A DNA stretch of 63,994 nt, filler included, from Folioceros fuciformis (taxonomy: Eukaryota), in the NCBI GenBank assembly GCA_049999805.1. It is 4 parts of 3 records of this genome, joined end to end, with 100 filler letters (N's around TTAATTAATTAA, not from the genome) between each part and the next. Parts side by side here need not be neighbours in the genome. Positions count along the whole stretch, not along the records: positions 1 to 31,318 come from JBNGIO010006223.1; 3 more parts are not named here. The stretch is one strand, 5' to 3'. The notes below the pieces were generated by a model, which saw nothing but the letters and a program-made list of their open reading frames with translations, did no database searches and had not been told where the DNA came from. The translations under genes were made by a program, and so were the position numbers. This document shows positions 12,563 through 25,400 of this stretch, one piece after another (the stretch's first letter is position 1; every line of letters begins with the position of its first letter).

Positions 12563-15500
12563 ATGGCAAAGCATAGGCGAAGTGAGGATGCCTTGCCTGT
12601 GAACAACCTCAACGACGAGGCCTCGGAGGATTCCGATTATGAGTCCAGCAGCGACGACTCGAGGGAGGACGACGAGAACGGCCTCGTTAGCTCGGACAGC
12701 GATGAGAGGGAGTCGGAAAATGACGAGGGTGCAAGCGCTTCCGACGATGATGAGGGTGCAATCGAGTCAGAGGCCGATGAGGAAGAAGAGGAACAAGGAG
12801 ACGTTCAGGAAATCGCGGAGGCTATTTCTGACTACATGAATGGGGACACTTACGTTGAGGATGATGACGACGGCCGGAGCGATGATGGAGAACGGTCGCT
12901 GGCAGCAGCACCGGAAAGTGACTCATCGGAGGATGAGGTGGGAACGTCTCTTTGCACAGTCATCTGCTGGGAAACACGCACTGGGAGATTGATGTTGTCT
13001 GGCTGTGGAACAGATGCCTTCTCGAAATACTGTTGGCGATGTGCCGCTGGAGTGGTACAAGGATGAGCCTCACATTGGCTACGATCTCAGTGGGAGAAAG
13101 ATAACGAAAAAGGAGAGGAGAGATCAGTTGGACTCATTCCTCGCGCAAGCTGACAATGCCAAAGACTGGTAAGACGAGGAATTCTGAGAGCCTATGCGAG
13201 TATTTGTGGTCTCAATGTATCTGATGGCTAGTAACCGGCGTGGCACTAGCTCTCTAGTTGCGTGTCTCGAATGCACCCAGTCGGTTGCTTTTCTTCAAGG
13301 GAGAACACTTCTAACAAATGGCGGGTGCATTGTTCAGGCGGACAGTCTACGATGAATATAACGATGAAAACGTTATCTTGACGAAAGAAGAAATTGATAT
13401 GATCAGACGACTCCGCGCAGGCAAAATACCACATGCTCATGTGGATCCATATGAGGTGATGCATACTTTCTCGAAGCACAATTTATCTTGTTGACACGAA
13501 GTTTAGCAGACCATGGTGGGTGCTACTGGTCAGCTGCCGCATAATTGTACTGATGCGGGGATTTGGCCCCGTATACAGCCCTATGTGGATTGGTTTGACT
13601 GGGCAGACAAAGGACATCCATTATCAAGTGCTCCAGAACCGAAGCGTCGGTTCATTCCATCTAAGTGGGAAGCTAAGAAGGTACAGCAGGACACCCCTTA
13701 ACATCTCTGGCTGTGGAGGGCCTGATTTATCAAGCAGTGTAGATCTGGGAGAGAATGTGTTCCATTCTCAAACTCAAATGTCCTGCAGGTCGTTAAATTG
13801 GTCAGAGCTTTGCGGAAAGGGTGGATTAAGCTTGACAAACCGAAAGAGAAACCCAAGTACTATTTAATGTGGGGTGATGATATGAAAACCACGAGTAAAA
13901 TGGCAAATGGTCTTGCCCACATTCCAGCTCCAAAGCCCAAGCTTCCTGGTGAGCATGGCACAGTCCTGTGGACGTTCTGTTGTCTGCCAGCCTACCATTT
14001 AGCAGCTCCTAGTCATACTGAACACCATATTTTTCCTCACTACTCACAGGGCATGAAGAGTCTTTTCGTCCGCCAGTAGAATACATACCAACTCAAGAGG
14101 AGATCAATTCCTATGCACTTATGTATGAGGAAGACCGGCCAAAGTTTATTCCCAAGCAGTGAGTGCTCTGTTCTCACCTGCTGAACATCAGTGCTAGATT
14201 CACGAGTTTGATGAGCTAACTTGCCTTGTTAACTCTGCAGTTACGACTCCCTGAGGCAAGTGCCTGCCTATTCGGAATTTATCAAGGAAAGATTCGAGCG
14301 ATGTTTGGACCTCTATCTTTGTCCCAGATCTAAGAAGAACAGGGTTAGTTATCACACCATGCGTATTTCGTACGGTACATTTCTCATTTCTCCTCTTCCA
14401 AACTTCAATTTTTCCAGCTAGCTTATGTGTCACTGTTGGCAGATCAACATTGACCCTGAGTCACTCATTCCAAAGCTTCCTAAAGCTAAAGATCTGCAAC
14501 CTTTTCCGACGACCTGCTATCTTGAATATCGTGGCCATAGTGGTGCTGTAGTTTCCATCACGACTGATCCTTCGGGGGAATGGCTAGCATCAGGTACGGT
14601 TAGTAGCGTCTTTTTCCCCCTTGAAGTTGCTCGTGATGTGGATTTGTGCCTCCTGTCTGTAAGAGCTCAACATGAAGTTTGATGTATTGATTTGTTCTGT
14701 TCTTTCTTAACTGGTTGGTGTGAATTGGCAAATGATGACAACAATAACATGATGGGATTTTTGGTGCTAAACCAGCACGCTCCCTGTGAACGTTTAAAAG
14801 TAGTCTGATGCTTTTTCCACATGGATTTTCAATTTTGTTGCGCGTCTGCATTTTCTTTACTGCGCTCTCGTTCACAATTCACCTGTACTGGTCAGGCTCG
14901 AAGGATGGAACTGTTCGAATATGGGAAGTACAGAGTGGCCGTTGTCAGAGAACATGGACAATGGGCGGTCATGTTCAACATGTTGCGTGGAATCCCAACC
15001 CTCAGCTGTCCATTCTTGCTATTGTGGTGTAAGTTTAGGCATTTCTATTGAGGGTGCAAAGGAGGTAGAAGACTGTAACTTAAACAATCAGCTATCTGTG
15101 TTCAGGAATATGGAGGTTCATTTGGTAGATACAGGACTGGGTGAAGAGGAGGCACAGTCTGCAGTTGATGCCCATCTTAAATGGAAGCCACGAACTTCCG
15201 GGCCAGGTTTGAAATGTCTTGAGATTTTCACAGTGTGTGGATTCTTCAGTCTGCTGTGGCCCTAAAGTACAGTTGTGGTGCTGCTTTGCAGATGATGCAG
15301 TTCTTGCAGCTTGGTCACAAGATGAGAAGCATCAAGGTTTGGTTTTGACCCATCAAAAGGTAATAGACTCTGCGACCTGTGATTGAGCGCTGATAAGGGT
15401 GTCCTGGTCCTCTGGTAAGCACTCACATTAGTCCGTTGGACTTGCAGATTGTGTCCTTCGTTTCTTGGCATCGCAACGGTGACTATTTCTCGACAGTTGC

Positions 15501-16465
15501 CCCAGATGATATCCTTCAGCTGTGTTGAATTTAGCTGCTGCGTTGATGTATGTTTGCCTGCACTGTTTTAGTTGTAACCCCTTAACTTGAACCAGCACGT
15601 AATACCCGGGCTGTGCTCATACATCAGCTATCTAAACAGAGCACTCACAATCCAATCAGGAAGCATAAAGGGCAAGTTGTTCGGGTTCTTTTCCATCCTT
15701 CTCGACCGTTACTATTTATAGCAACCAAAATGCGGGTATCCGTCTACAATCTTAAGACGCTCCAGCTTACTAAGAAGCTTATTACTGGAGTTCAAGAGAT
15801 ATCTTCAATGGATGTCCACCCGGGTGGTAAGAGACGAAAATGTGGAATTTTTGCGTGGATGCCAATTTTGATCTGGGGGAAAACATTTTAACACCCATCT
15901 CTGCAGGCGACAATCTGCTGCTGGGGAGCAAGGAGGCCAGGTTGCTCTGGTTTGATATGGATCTGTCAACTAAGCCCTACAAAACGCTCAAGTATGACCC
16001 TGTTGTGCGGCGGTGTCGGACTGTTCTGAAGCTAATTTGCGCATCAATGATGGTGACCGAGGGGAACTGTATCTTTGCAGGAATCATGAGGAAGATATCA
16101 GAGAGGTGGCCTACCATAAGGTCTATCCGCTATTTGCTTCCTGCTCAGACGATGGAACAGCTCATGTCTTTCATGGAATGGTGTACTCTGATCTGCTGCA
16201 AAACCCCTTGATAGTGCCACTGAAGATTTTGCACAGTCATGAAACTGGGAGCGCGAAAGGTACGTTGTTTCTGTTTCTCCCAGGGAGCATTTGCCGTTCT
16301 CTTGACAATGCTCCAGGGGTTGCGACCTCTGGGTTGCTATCTCGTTCATGAAACTGAGCCACGTTGCTGTTGCGTGCAGGCGCCATGGACTGCCATTTTC
16401 ACCCAAAGCAACCCTGGTTGTTCACAGCTGGGGCCGACTCCACGGTTAAACTCTTTTGTAATTGA
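12563..16465 (+). CDS. BOP1: Ribosome biogenesis protein BOP1/ERB1 (BOP1NT + WD40), multi-exon
   Basis: Acidic N-terminus, [63 protein letters not shown] and [10 protein letters not shown]. Stop TGA at 16463-16465. Confidence 0.95.
15509..15598 (+). other. U12-type AT-AC intron in BOP1
   Basis: 5' site ATATCCTT, branch point CCTTAAC near 15580-15586 and 3' AC. Splicing restores [22 protein letters not shown]. Confidence 0.9.
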
Positions 16466-17606
16466 AGTTTCGAATTCTTGAGAATGCAACGCATTGTACG
16501 TGTTGCCGGCATTAGTTTGCTTTCTAGGTTGAGAGCTGTATTTTAAGTTTGAAGTGATTACCTTTTCCAAATGGTGACCAGTGTGGCAGCATATTTGCTT
16601 GTATCTTGTCTCCATGGATAAAGGTTGCTGTTGAAAGCGACAAGTTCTAGGCCCGCCGCCGAGATTTTGTTTCCCGCTGGCAAGATGATACATACATGCT
16701 GATAGGTTTTTAGGTTACAGTGACTTAATACCGGTGCTAGGCGATCAGTATGACAGTACATAGCATAACCTGTGACAGGAGACCAATGAGGCGCATGAAC
16801 TCGGGGAGCATGTGGTGCTTTGATGTCCTGAGTCACAGTCGTCAGCCGAGTAAAACGAGAGCACCAATGTGAGAGTGACACACTATCAATGTCTGTTCGC
16901 AGCACACATCTGTATGACAGACGCCGTTCAGGTAACGAAGAAAATGGCAGAAGTAGTTACATTAATGACGGGAACAATTACCAGACATCAAGTAATCAGT
17001 TTGAAGAGCGCGAAGAGTTTGAAATTAGACAATACAGCCCCTGGAGCTGCGGTCTGAGGCCCCTGAGGCGAAAGGGCCATGAGTGACAACAGGGATCCTG
17101 CCGACAGAAGCTCGACAATAATCCAGAGCAAGTTTTGCTCATAGGAAAAAGACCAGAGGGATGCATCCATCCTAGACACTTTAAGACAGTACAATCGAGG
17201 TGACTGCAAAGTGTTGCTGGTCGAGCCAACACAATAGAAGCTTAAGCAGGCCACAGACTGGCAGCGGGCGGGCATTCCAGGTCATGGTGGCACCTATTGT
17301 TAAAAGCAAACAGACAAAACTCTAAGACCTCCTCTTCCTTCTAACTGTTACAGCTGGACAACACCAAAACGTGTACGTGACTCGAGCTTGCTGCATCCAC
17401 AAATAGACGGTACTATACAGTAGCAACAGGTGCCGTCCGCACAGGCCCGTTGGTCTGTACTTGCCAGATCAGAAGCACAAACACCCTGAACCCTGGAATT
17501 AGGAATGATACCTAGTCGTAATGAAACCCTTCTCCCAGACGAAGCTCCCCTACCTAACAACTCTACTACAACAGGGTCAATGTTGAGCTCTCCCAGCACG
17601 AAGCGA

Positions 17607-18641
17607 CTAGCGACCATTATCTGGGAGGTCACAAAGTACAATGGACGCAAGGGATGCACGCTCAAGCCCCATTGGCTGGGCAGCCAGGACAGCTGCAAGA
17701 CGCTTCTTCTGTGCAGCCGCAGCGTCCGGACTGCTCGACCTCGATCTGCCTGCAGGCATCCCAAAAGTTGGCAGCGTTCTGTCCACCCGACTACCAGTGC
17801 TCATAACCTCTTTCTCCAGGTGCGTGCAATAGCCCTCAAAAATGTTCATGGTCACTTGCAGTCGGAAATCTAGGCGAAACAGAAACTCCAGCTCCAGTCG
17901 GTTCAGCTCTGTCGTACTTACTCCTCCAACCCTCGCAAAAAAGGCGTTATTGAAGTGCCTGCAACCAGGGCCGCGGTGTAGAAGTATGAGCACACTACAC
18001 CCGATGTCCTTTGCAAAAAATGGTGCAACACAAAGAAGAGACCCCGGGGTGATGATTGGGCGCCAAACCTCCACAGTGTGCAAGAGTCAATGACGCGAGA
18101 GCGCAAGAGCGAGACTATGCAGAGCGCAAGAGCAGAGGAAAGCACGAAAGTCAGGAGAGTGAAAAGAAGAAACGTACACATCATCTAGGATTTTAGTAGC
18201 AACCATAACGCTGGTGACGAGAAGGCGATGCACGTTGAGGGAAGTGATGGGCAATTCCGGCTGCCTGTGTATGAGGCGGTCAATGTAGACATAGCCCACG
18301 ACGAAGCAGGAGGGGCTACAGTTGGTGTACTTGAAGATGCGCTCCAAATACTTGGCTATGCTGATGCTCGGAGCTCGCAAGCCGTGAAAGATAGTGAGCT
18401 TCCGTGAGACGTAGGGGCCCGGGCTCCCGCTTGCAGAGTACTTCTCATTCCTGGCCACCAGTCTCTCCAAGACCGAGGACAAGACCGACAAAACCTTGGG
18501 GATCTCTCGGTCATTCGCTTCCGAGGGGACATCGTTGCCCTCGGAATGGGCATCGTCGTCCACATCGTGGTCCGAAGAGCTCAGTCCGTTGGGGGCTTGC
18601 ACCTTCCCCATACCCTTTGCATCACTGTAGCTGGATTGCAT
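17607..18641 (-). CDS. CYCU: Cyclin U/P (PHO80-like), two exons
   Basis: FHGLRAPSISIAKYLERIFKYTNCSPSCFVVGYVYIDRL, NVHRLLVTSVMVATK and NNAFFARVGGVSTTELNRLELEFLFRLDF. Intron at roughly 17960-18178. Confidence 0.93.
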
Positions 18642-19799
18642 GAATGAGGCCCGTTGTGAGCAGGCATGCAGGTTGGGGGCCGAGGAGGCCTGCTCACTGG
18701 AAGGCCATAAGCAGCCTCCTAAACAGAGTCTCCCTCCCTCCCTCCCTCCCTCCCCTTTCCTTCTTGGTCGGGCAGCAGCGGCAGCAGCAGCAGCAGCAGC
18801 CCTAAGCCGAGGGAGCCAAGTGAGAGGCGAGCTGCCACCTCTATCCCCGCCCCAGCACGCAGATCAGGCCAGTAGAGAAGCAAGCCCCGGCGGTGAAGGC
18901 AGATAAAAACGCGATGCCGCAGCGCCGCTACACATGCCTGGAATTCGCCGTCATCCCCGAGGCGCGGCGGAATCTGAAGCCGTCCGGTGGTGCCGCTCCT
19001 GCCACAACCGGGACGACACCCCGCGAGGTCAGCAGGAACGATGACGCATTCCACCTGCCCCGGAAGGCGGGCGGGCAGAAGGTGGCACTGGTTCCCGCTG
19101 CCACCGATCACGATTCATTCCTGAGCAGCGCTGCCGGGCCGGTGTCGGCGAGTGCGAGTGCGAGTGCAAGAGAGGGCGTAGGTGGTGGGCGCTGCGCCGG
19201 GCAGGGGGGAGGAACAGGAGGAGCAAGCATTCGCGGTGGAACCGAGGGCAGGGAGCACTGCGTCATACGCGGGCGAAGCGGAAGGGGCAGGGCGACGCTA
19301 GGTGCCACAGCTGCACAGCAGCCACCGCAACTGGCCAGAAGACTGTGCGCTGGGGGAGGGCAGGCGGGGTGGAAGGGAGGTCCCGGGAGCAGAGCGACGA
19401 GAAGGGGGGCTGGCGGGGACGGGGAGAGGGGAGAGAGCGAGAGAGAGAGGAAGGTAGAGAGAGATGGAAGTGGACGCTCTGGTGACTGGTAGTAGCACGC
19501 CATTGTGGGATAAAATGGGTTTGGTTTACTCAGCTTTGATTTGTGGATGCCATGCAAGAGCCGGTCGAAATTGCAGAAACACTGGAATCTTTTAAAAGCC
19601 AAACTGAGAGCCAAAGAAGGAAATGAGGAGGATGCCTCAGGTGTTAGGTTTTGTGGAGGGGAAGAACATAGCAGAGGAGAACAGAGCAGAGCAGAGCTGG
19701 GACGCAACCAAAACAGCATATAGATGTACAGTGCATGCTATACCTAGGTTAAACCTAGAGCACATGAGCAGACGTCCATCCGGCATGCGCTTACGTCGA

Positions 19800-19965
19800 G
19801 GGCCGGGTCGGGTTGGGTTGGGTCGGGTCGGGTCNNNNNNNNNNNNNNNNNNNNNNNNNNNNNNNNNNNNNNNNNNNNNNNNNNNNNNNNNNNNNNNNNN
19901 NNNNNNNNNNNNNNNNNNNNNNNNNNNNNNNNNNTCGGGTCAGGTCAGGTCAGGTCAGGTCAGGT
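19800..19965. repeat. GGGTC/GGTCA pentamer microsatellites flanking a 100-N gap
   Basis: Visible pentamer runs on both sides of the gap. Confidence 0.85.
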
Positions 19966-20789
19966 CCGTTCGGTTGGGCTGTGAGCTGGGCTTGGGTTGG
20001 CTGGGATCGGCATTCGGCAGGACATGGCAGGGCAGGGCCCGGGCCTGAGCCTGAGAGCCGGCAAAGTCCAATCATTCGTGCACATAGCGCCTGCTACGAC
20101 CACTAAAGATAAATCCGTTTGGCTTCATGGAGAGAAATGGCAGATGCACATGCTGGCACATGTGACCTACATACTGTATGGAGAGGATGAGATATCCGGT
20201 GGCGTAAGCATGGCATGAGATGGCATCGCATGGCATGGCGGCGCATGGCGTATCGCCGCCCACGTCGATGCCTCCACAATTTCCGCCTTTTCTCACTCCG
20301 CTCCTGCGCTGCGCTCAACTCCTTTCCATACCACACTGTACGTACGTATGTATGGTATGCTGTGGTACATATGTATGTATGTGGATAAGAGCAGCTGGTG
20401 CCTGGTACACGAGTTGGGCTGGCCTGGCCTGGCCTGGCCTGGCCTGCACACACAAGGAAGAAAATGGTAGACACGTATGAGACGGGAGGTGGGATGCGTG
20501 TACTGTACGTCCTGCGTACACAGGGAGGTACTTAAACCACACTGGTCACATCCGGCTCCCCGCGCTGAGCTGCCCTGTCCTGCCCTTACCTGACCTGCTC
20601 TTGTTATTATTATTATTCTTATTCTTTATCATGCACAGGTACATCGTATTGTATTATGTACATGATACACAGACACCAAAGACGGTACACGGACAACAAG
20701 GGACAGGGCGCCCAGGAGAAGTCCTGCCCAGCCCAGCCCAGCATTCTCTTCCAGAAGTCAGTCTCAGAGGGACGGAGGCGGGTCGAGGA

Positions 20790-20905
20790 GAGCCAGAGCT
20801 AGACCATGCGAGCGAGAGCCAGAGCCAGACCGCATAGCGAGCGAGAGCCAGAGCCAGACCATGCGAGCGAGAGCCAGAGCCAGAGCCAGAGCAAGAGCAA
20901 GAGCA
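20790..20905. repeat. GAGCCA-based compound repeat with a duplicated AGACCATGCGAGCGAGAGCC unit
   Basis: Directly visible tandem units. Confidence 0.8.
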
Positions 20906-21615
20906 TCAGGAAGCGGGAAGGTGCAGACAGCGCGCTTCACAGCCACAGGACCTCGGAGGCCACGGGCCCCAAGTCTGTGTCAGCCGGCATTCATGAGGAC
21001 TAGCCCTCTCCATCGCCCTCCCTCCTCACTCGCGCCACCACGCCTTTCCCGCTAATAATCCGTCTTGTCAGAACCTTCACCTTGCTGTCCTGTGGGCCTC
21101 CACTCGCCCACCGCACCATTCGGATTCGGGATTGCGGATTCCGCATTCGGAATTTCGCAGCCACAGCATGTACGCGGAAACCACAGCCTCATACCTAGCT
21201 ACCCTACATACACTCTACACTATACAACTAGTATCTCTACATGTTTGTCATTCTACTCACACGCAGTGCTTCTCTGTCTGGTTACAACCTGTCAACCGCA
21301 CTCCACTGCACTACACGACTCTCCTTGCTTGTGCAAAGCGGGATTCCGCTCAAAACACTCCACACACTCGCAATCGGACAGCTTACTCACAATCACCTTT
21401 TCTGCGTCCCACATGCTTCCAACCTTGCCAAAGCCAGCCATCAATTGCGATGAGCTCAAAATCCACCACACCTTCAGTCGGCGGACACAACAACTATCTT
21501 ACCATCCTTTCGCCCCTTCATAATTTTATTCCTCTACGGCCAACTCACACAGGCCCTTTTCCTACAAATGCTAACCCCTAAAACACCTCTACCTGTACAC
21601 ATATGTACAGCTATG

Positions 21616-21757
21616 TCCACCTACGTCCTTCTACTTTTCCACCTACGTCCCCTCTACCTCCGCCTACGTCCGCCTACGTCCTTCTACTTTTCCACCTACG
21701 TCCCCTCTACCTCCGCCTACGTCCGCCTACGTCCACCTACGTCCGCCTACGTCCGCC
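21616..21757. repeat. CCTACGTCCG-based minisatellite with a higher-order duplication
   Basis: Repeated cc(a/g)cctacgt units. The block cttctacttttccacctacgtcccctctacctccgcctacgt occurs twice. Confidence 0.85.
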
Positions 21758-22492
21758 CAAGGAACACTCACCATCAATCAGTGTATCATCGTCACCAATT
21801 CCTACTGGCCCTGGCCTTCGTTATCGCGTCCCCACGCCCTACTCGTAGCTTGGAAACGTATCTCGCCTCAAATCACCCGTCCTCCTTCCTGCTACCTCTG
21901 CCACCTGCCCCCGGCCCCCAGCCCTCCACACTCCACCTTATTCTTCATCACAAGAATCGACCCTACTTCTACGCCTTTCTACATTCACAACCTCTGTCAG
22001 CCGGCATGCCATGCACACATTACACAGCCCTATCTCCCTTCCCACAGACATGCACTCACTCACTCCGCTCCAGCTCCACTTGCCGCCACCAAATTTACCA
22101 ACCTCAACTACCTTCAGCAGGAACTAAGGCAACCCTGAAATAGAGGCGCCTTTATTACAAAATATGCTTCCATACACCACCCGTATCTCACTCCCACAAT
22201 CGCCCACCCACATAATGCAACTGCGTCTGCTAACACAAACACCACACCATGCAACAACTTTACACTGGATAACCTACAACATGTACATCACACACGCACA
22301 TCGCACTAGCTCAATGCAATGTGAACCAAGCAGCCTCACGTTGCAAGGATGGGGAAAGAAATTATTTTTCCACCTTCAACAGACACTCGTCACCCCACAA
22401 ATAATAGCTTTTTTCAATCACATGTAGTATCACATTTTTTTGCACAGGAGCTCCACATCACTTCCATCACCAAACTGGAAACGTTCCCACCA

Positions 22493-25400
22493 TCAGTCTG
22501 CCCAAACCAACTCAAATGTTAGCCACCCACGTATCAAAGAATAACACAACACACACCCACGCAATACTCCTACTGTCATCATAGCCATACCTTCCTCACA
22601 GAAAGGGAACATGGTCCCTTCCCAAACATCATCGCCTGCCTCGCCATCGTTCTCCTCGCTTTTACTCTGTGCATCTATGCTTTCACCATCCTCTACAGTC
22701 GCACTATTTTCTGCACATCCGCTGCCTGCCAAACCTTCCCCCTCAACCCCACTCATATCGTGTCTCGAGTTGTTCGCACAAAAGCTGTTACCCACCTCCT
22801 CACCCAGATCGCCTAAGGACTGCATCCGCACTACCGGCAGAACAATCCCTTCCATATCCTTCCAACAGTCTGGCCCCTGTTCACCTGGCAACGTATCTAA
22901 TCTTTCACTTCTGCCATAAGTATCATCGAATACTTGGCTCACTATTCCTTTCGCCTCCTTACATCCTTCCTCTCCCTCTACACGACCTACACAAAGTCCA
23001 CTTTTATCATCACCTCCCTCAATCGCTTCCAACACAACATCCCTATGGACATCTCCTAACACCAGCTTCTTCGTATAATCGCCCTCCATGGACACCCTCA
23101 AACCTGACAGGTTGTAAACACCACAGCCACCAATCTCCTGTCGCCCAAACCTTGGAATATCCATGGGTGGGGAACCACTAGCTGCTGCTGTATCTCCACG
23201 GGTATGAACTGGTGGTGATGAGAAGCTCTGCTCAAAATAGTTCCCATTGCCACTTGGAATTGACCCTGGCACAAGCAATTCCATGGTGTCCAACGAAGCA
23301 GGTCGTTCATGCCGTACGTCTCCAAAGTACGGAGGAGATGAATCCCGTGATGACGGAGTCCCTACCGCTGACGTGTCGGGGGAATCTGCAACAAATTTCA
23401 CGACGGTGTTAGGCAAGCCCTGCCCTACCAGTTCCACACCCACATGTTTGGCACACACCATCCTGACAGTTCAGAGGACTCCCAACAACCCAAGCCCGCA
23501 GCGCTATAAGACCCGATGGCTGCCATAATAGCAGAATATGGTTTGCACCTCCCAAAGAGTTGTCTACAGTCAAGCACCGAGAGAAATTCACTCCCGTTCA
23601 CTTCGACGACTTGGATAAACAATCTCTAGTTCAATGATCAATACCACGAGCATGGGGAATACAGCTTGCTGGGATATGAAGCTCCCTGGGTTGACAAGTT
23701 TATCAAGCGGTCTGAAGCAGGTGTTGGTGGCTTTGAAAGTGAACCTTGATAAGCTTGATGGAATCCATTCAACCCACCGCTGCCTCCAAATGGACCTCCT
23801 TCAGAGCCAAAACTGCTCCCACTGCTCGTCCTCTGTATTTCAGGGCCACTTGAGTGAAATGCACCCCTTGCATCTTGTACCCCTCGTTCCTCAAGTAATT
23901 GCATTTGCAAAGCAGAAACTCCAGGCAAGTTGTTCAAACTCATCTCCCTAGCAGGTGCAATTCAACTGCTTAGATCTTCATCTGAACACAACTTGAGCCA
24001 GCGTTTCCAACAATCAAATCACGCACGTACCTCTGTCCCTGAATCTTTGTGAAATTCGACAGTCTTTCCATCACTGGGACCAAGTCCTTCCTTCGAACTT
24101 CAATCACCTTCGTAGGAAGGGTCTCAATCTCTAGGTCATCGTCAGCTATTTCACAAATCTCATCACCCGTCTGTTTCCCACCTGCCGACATGACATGGAA
24201 ATGCACCTGCACATGGGGAGGTCTCATGTCTGTGACACTTATCTTACTCAGATGTAGGGCAATGAGCAAGTGTAAAGGCAATAGACTTATACCTTCGAAC
24301 TTGGCCACAGACGCAGTATCCTACCATGGTGCATCTGTACTTCTGCATTGGACATGAACCGCCGTTGCATCTCTTCTGTCGTATCATCTTCCTTCCCAGA
24401 AATCTTGGACAAACCATTTTCATAATCTAGGTCAGGCCCAGCCAAACTATCAATGTTCTCCTCTCGGTCCCCCCAGTTAGGCCTTCGACAAACGTCCCAT
24501 CTTTGTAAAGTGTCTACGTTAAGCCTTAATCCCTGTTGTTGACAGGCACTATTGCTTGCACCAGTGGCACCAGCCATGCTACCATTGTTATAACCCGCAT
24601 CCAGAGCTGACACTGGATGTAACACATATCTAAGGAGGTGTCCGGAAGGTGCAAGAACCCAAAGCTGCTCCTTAAGACTGCCAGCTGATATTTCTGCCTC
24701 CTGCATCTGGCTGCCACCATCATGTAAAACAGCTGCCACAGCCCCTGAAACTACACTGCTTCTACCTGCAGCTGCAGCTGCAGCACCGGAAACAGTTCCA
24801 CGCCACCCGCTAGGTCCATTTTTTATCCTGCTAACAACCGAAAGAGTTACTGCAGGTGGCGGGGGAAGGACAGGCTGTTGCGTTGCCCTTACCGGCCCAC
24901 TGCTGGACCACCATGGCAACGGTGGTGAAGGTGCAAACGTTGATCCAGCAGGACCATCTACAGGATATGTGCCATGTGTATGTATGCCCACCATCCCGCC
25001 AAATGGGGAAATTGCAAAGACATGAGTAGTTGCTCGGGACGAGCTCACAACTACCCAGTGACCATCTCTACTGATACAGATGTCCTGAATAACCTGTAAA
25101 AGAGAGAATCAAAATAAGCCATCTCCATATTATGGCTGCCAATTGTCAATGACCAACAAACCTCCCACCACTGCCAGTAGCACTGGCCCCTCTTAGATGA
25201 TCACCCAACTCTAAAACAAAAGAAACAAGAGGCAGCCAATTACCGCAGCTGTCATCCCACGGGACAGTTTGTAGAGATGGACATGAGTTGCGCCAGCATC
25301 AAAGCTTCCTGAGTTAGATCCACTTCCCGCAGAGGAGGGAATCAAGCGGAAGACATTTAAATTGTGCCCATAGATAGAGGCCGTGACAAGAAGGGTGCCA

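Noticed and set aside
18893-19719. About 200-aa ORFs on both strands upstream of cyclin U
   Set aside because: Low-complexity translations of GC/GA-rich leader DNA
20572-20709. 9-bp inverted repeat GCCCTGTCC/GGACAGGGC suggesting a pre-miRNA
   Set aside because: Pairing does not extend convincingly and I recognise no conserved miRNA
21616-21757. Regularly spaced repeats resembling a CRISPR array (also 34652-34711 and 35030-35105)
   Set aside because: Tandem units without unique spacers, eukaryotic context and no cas genes
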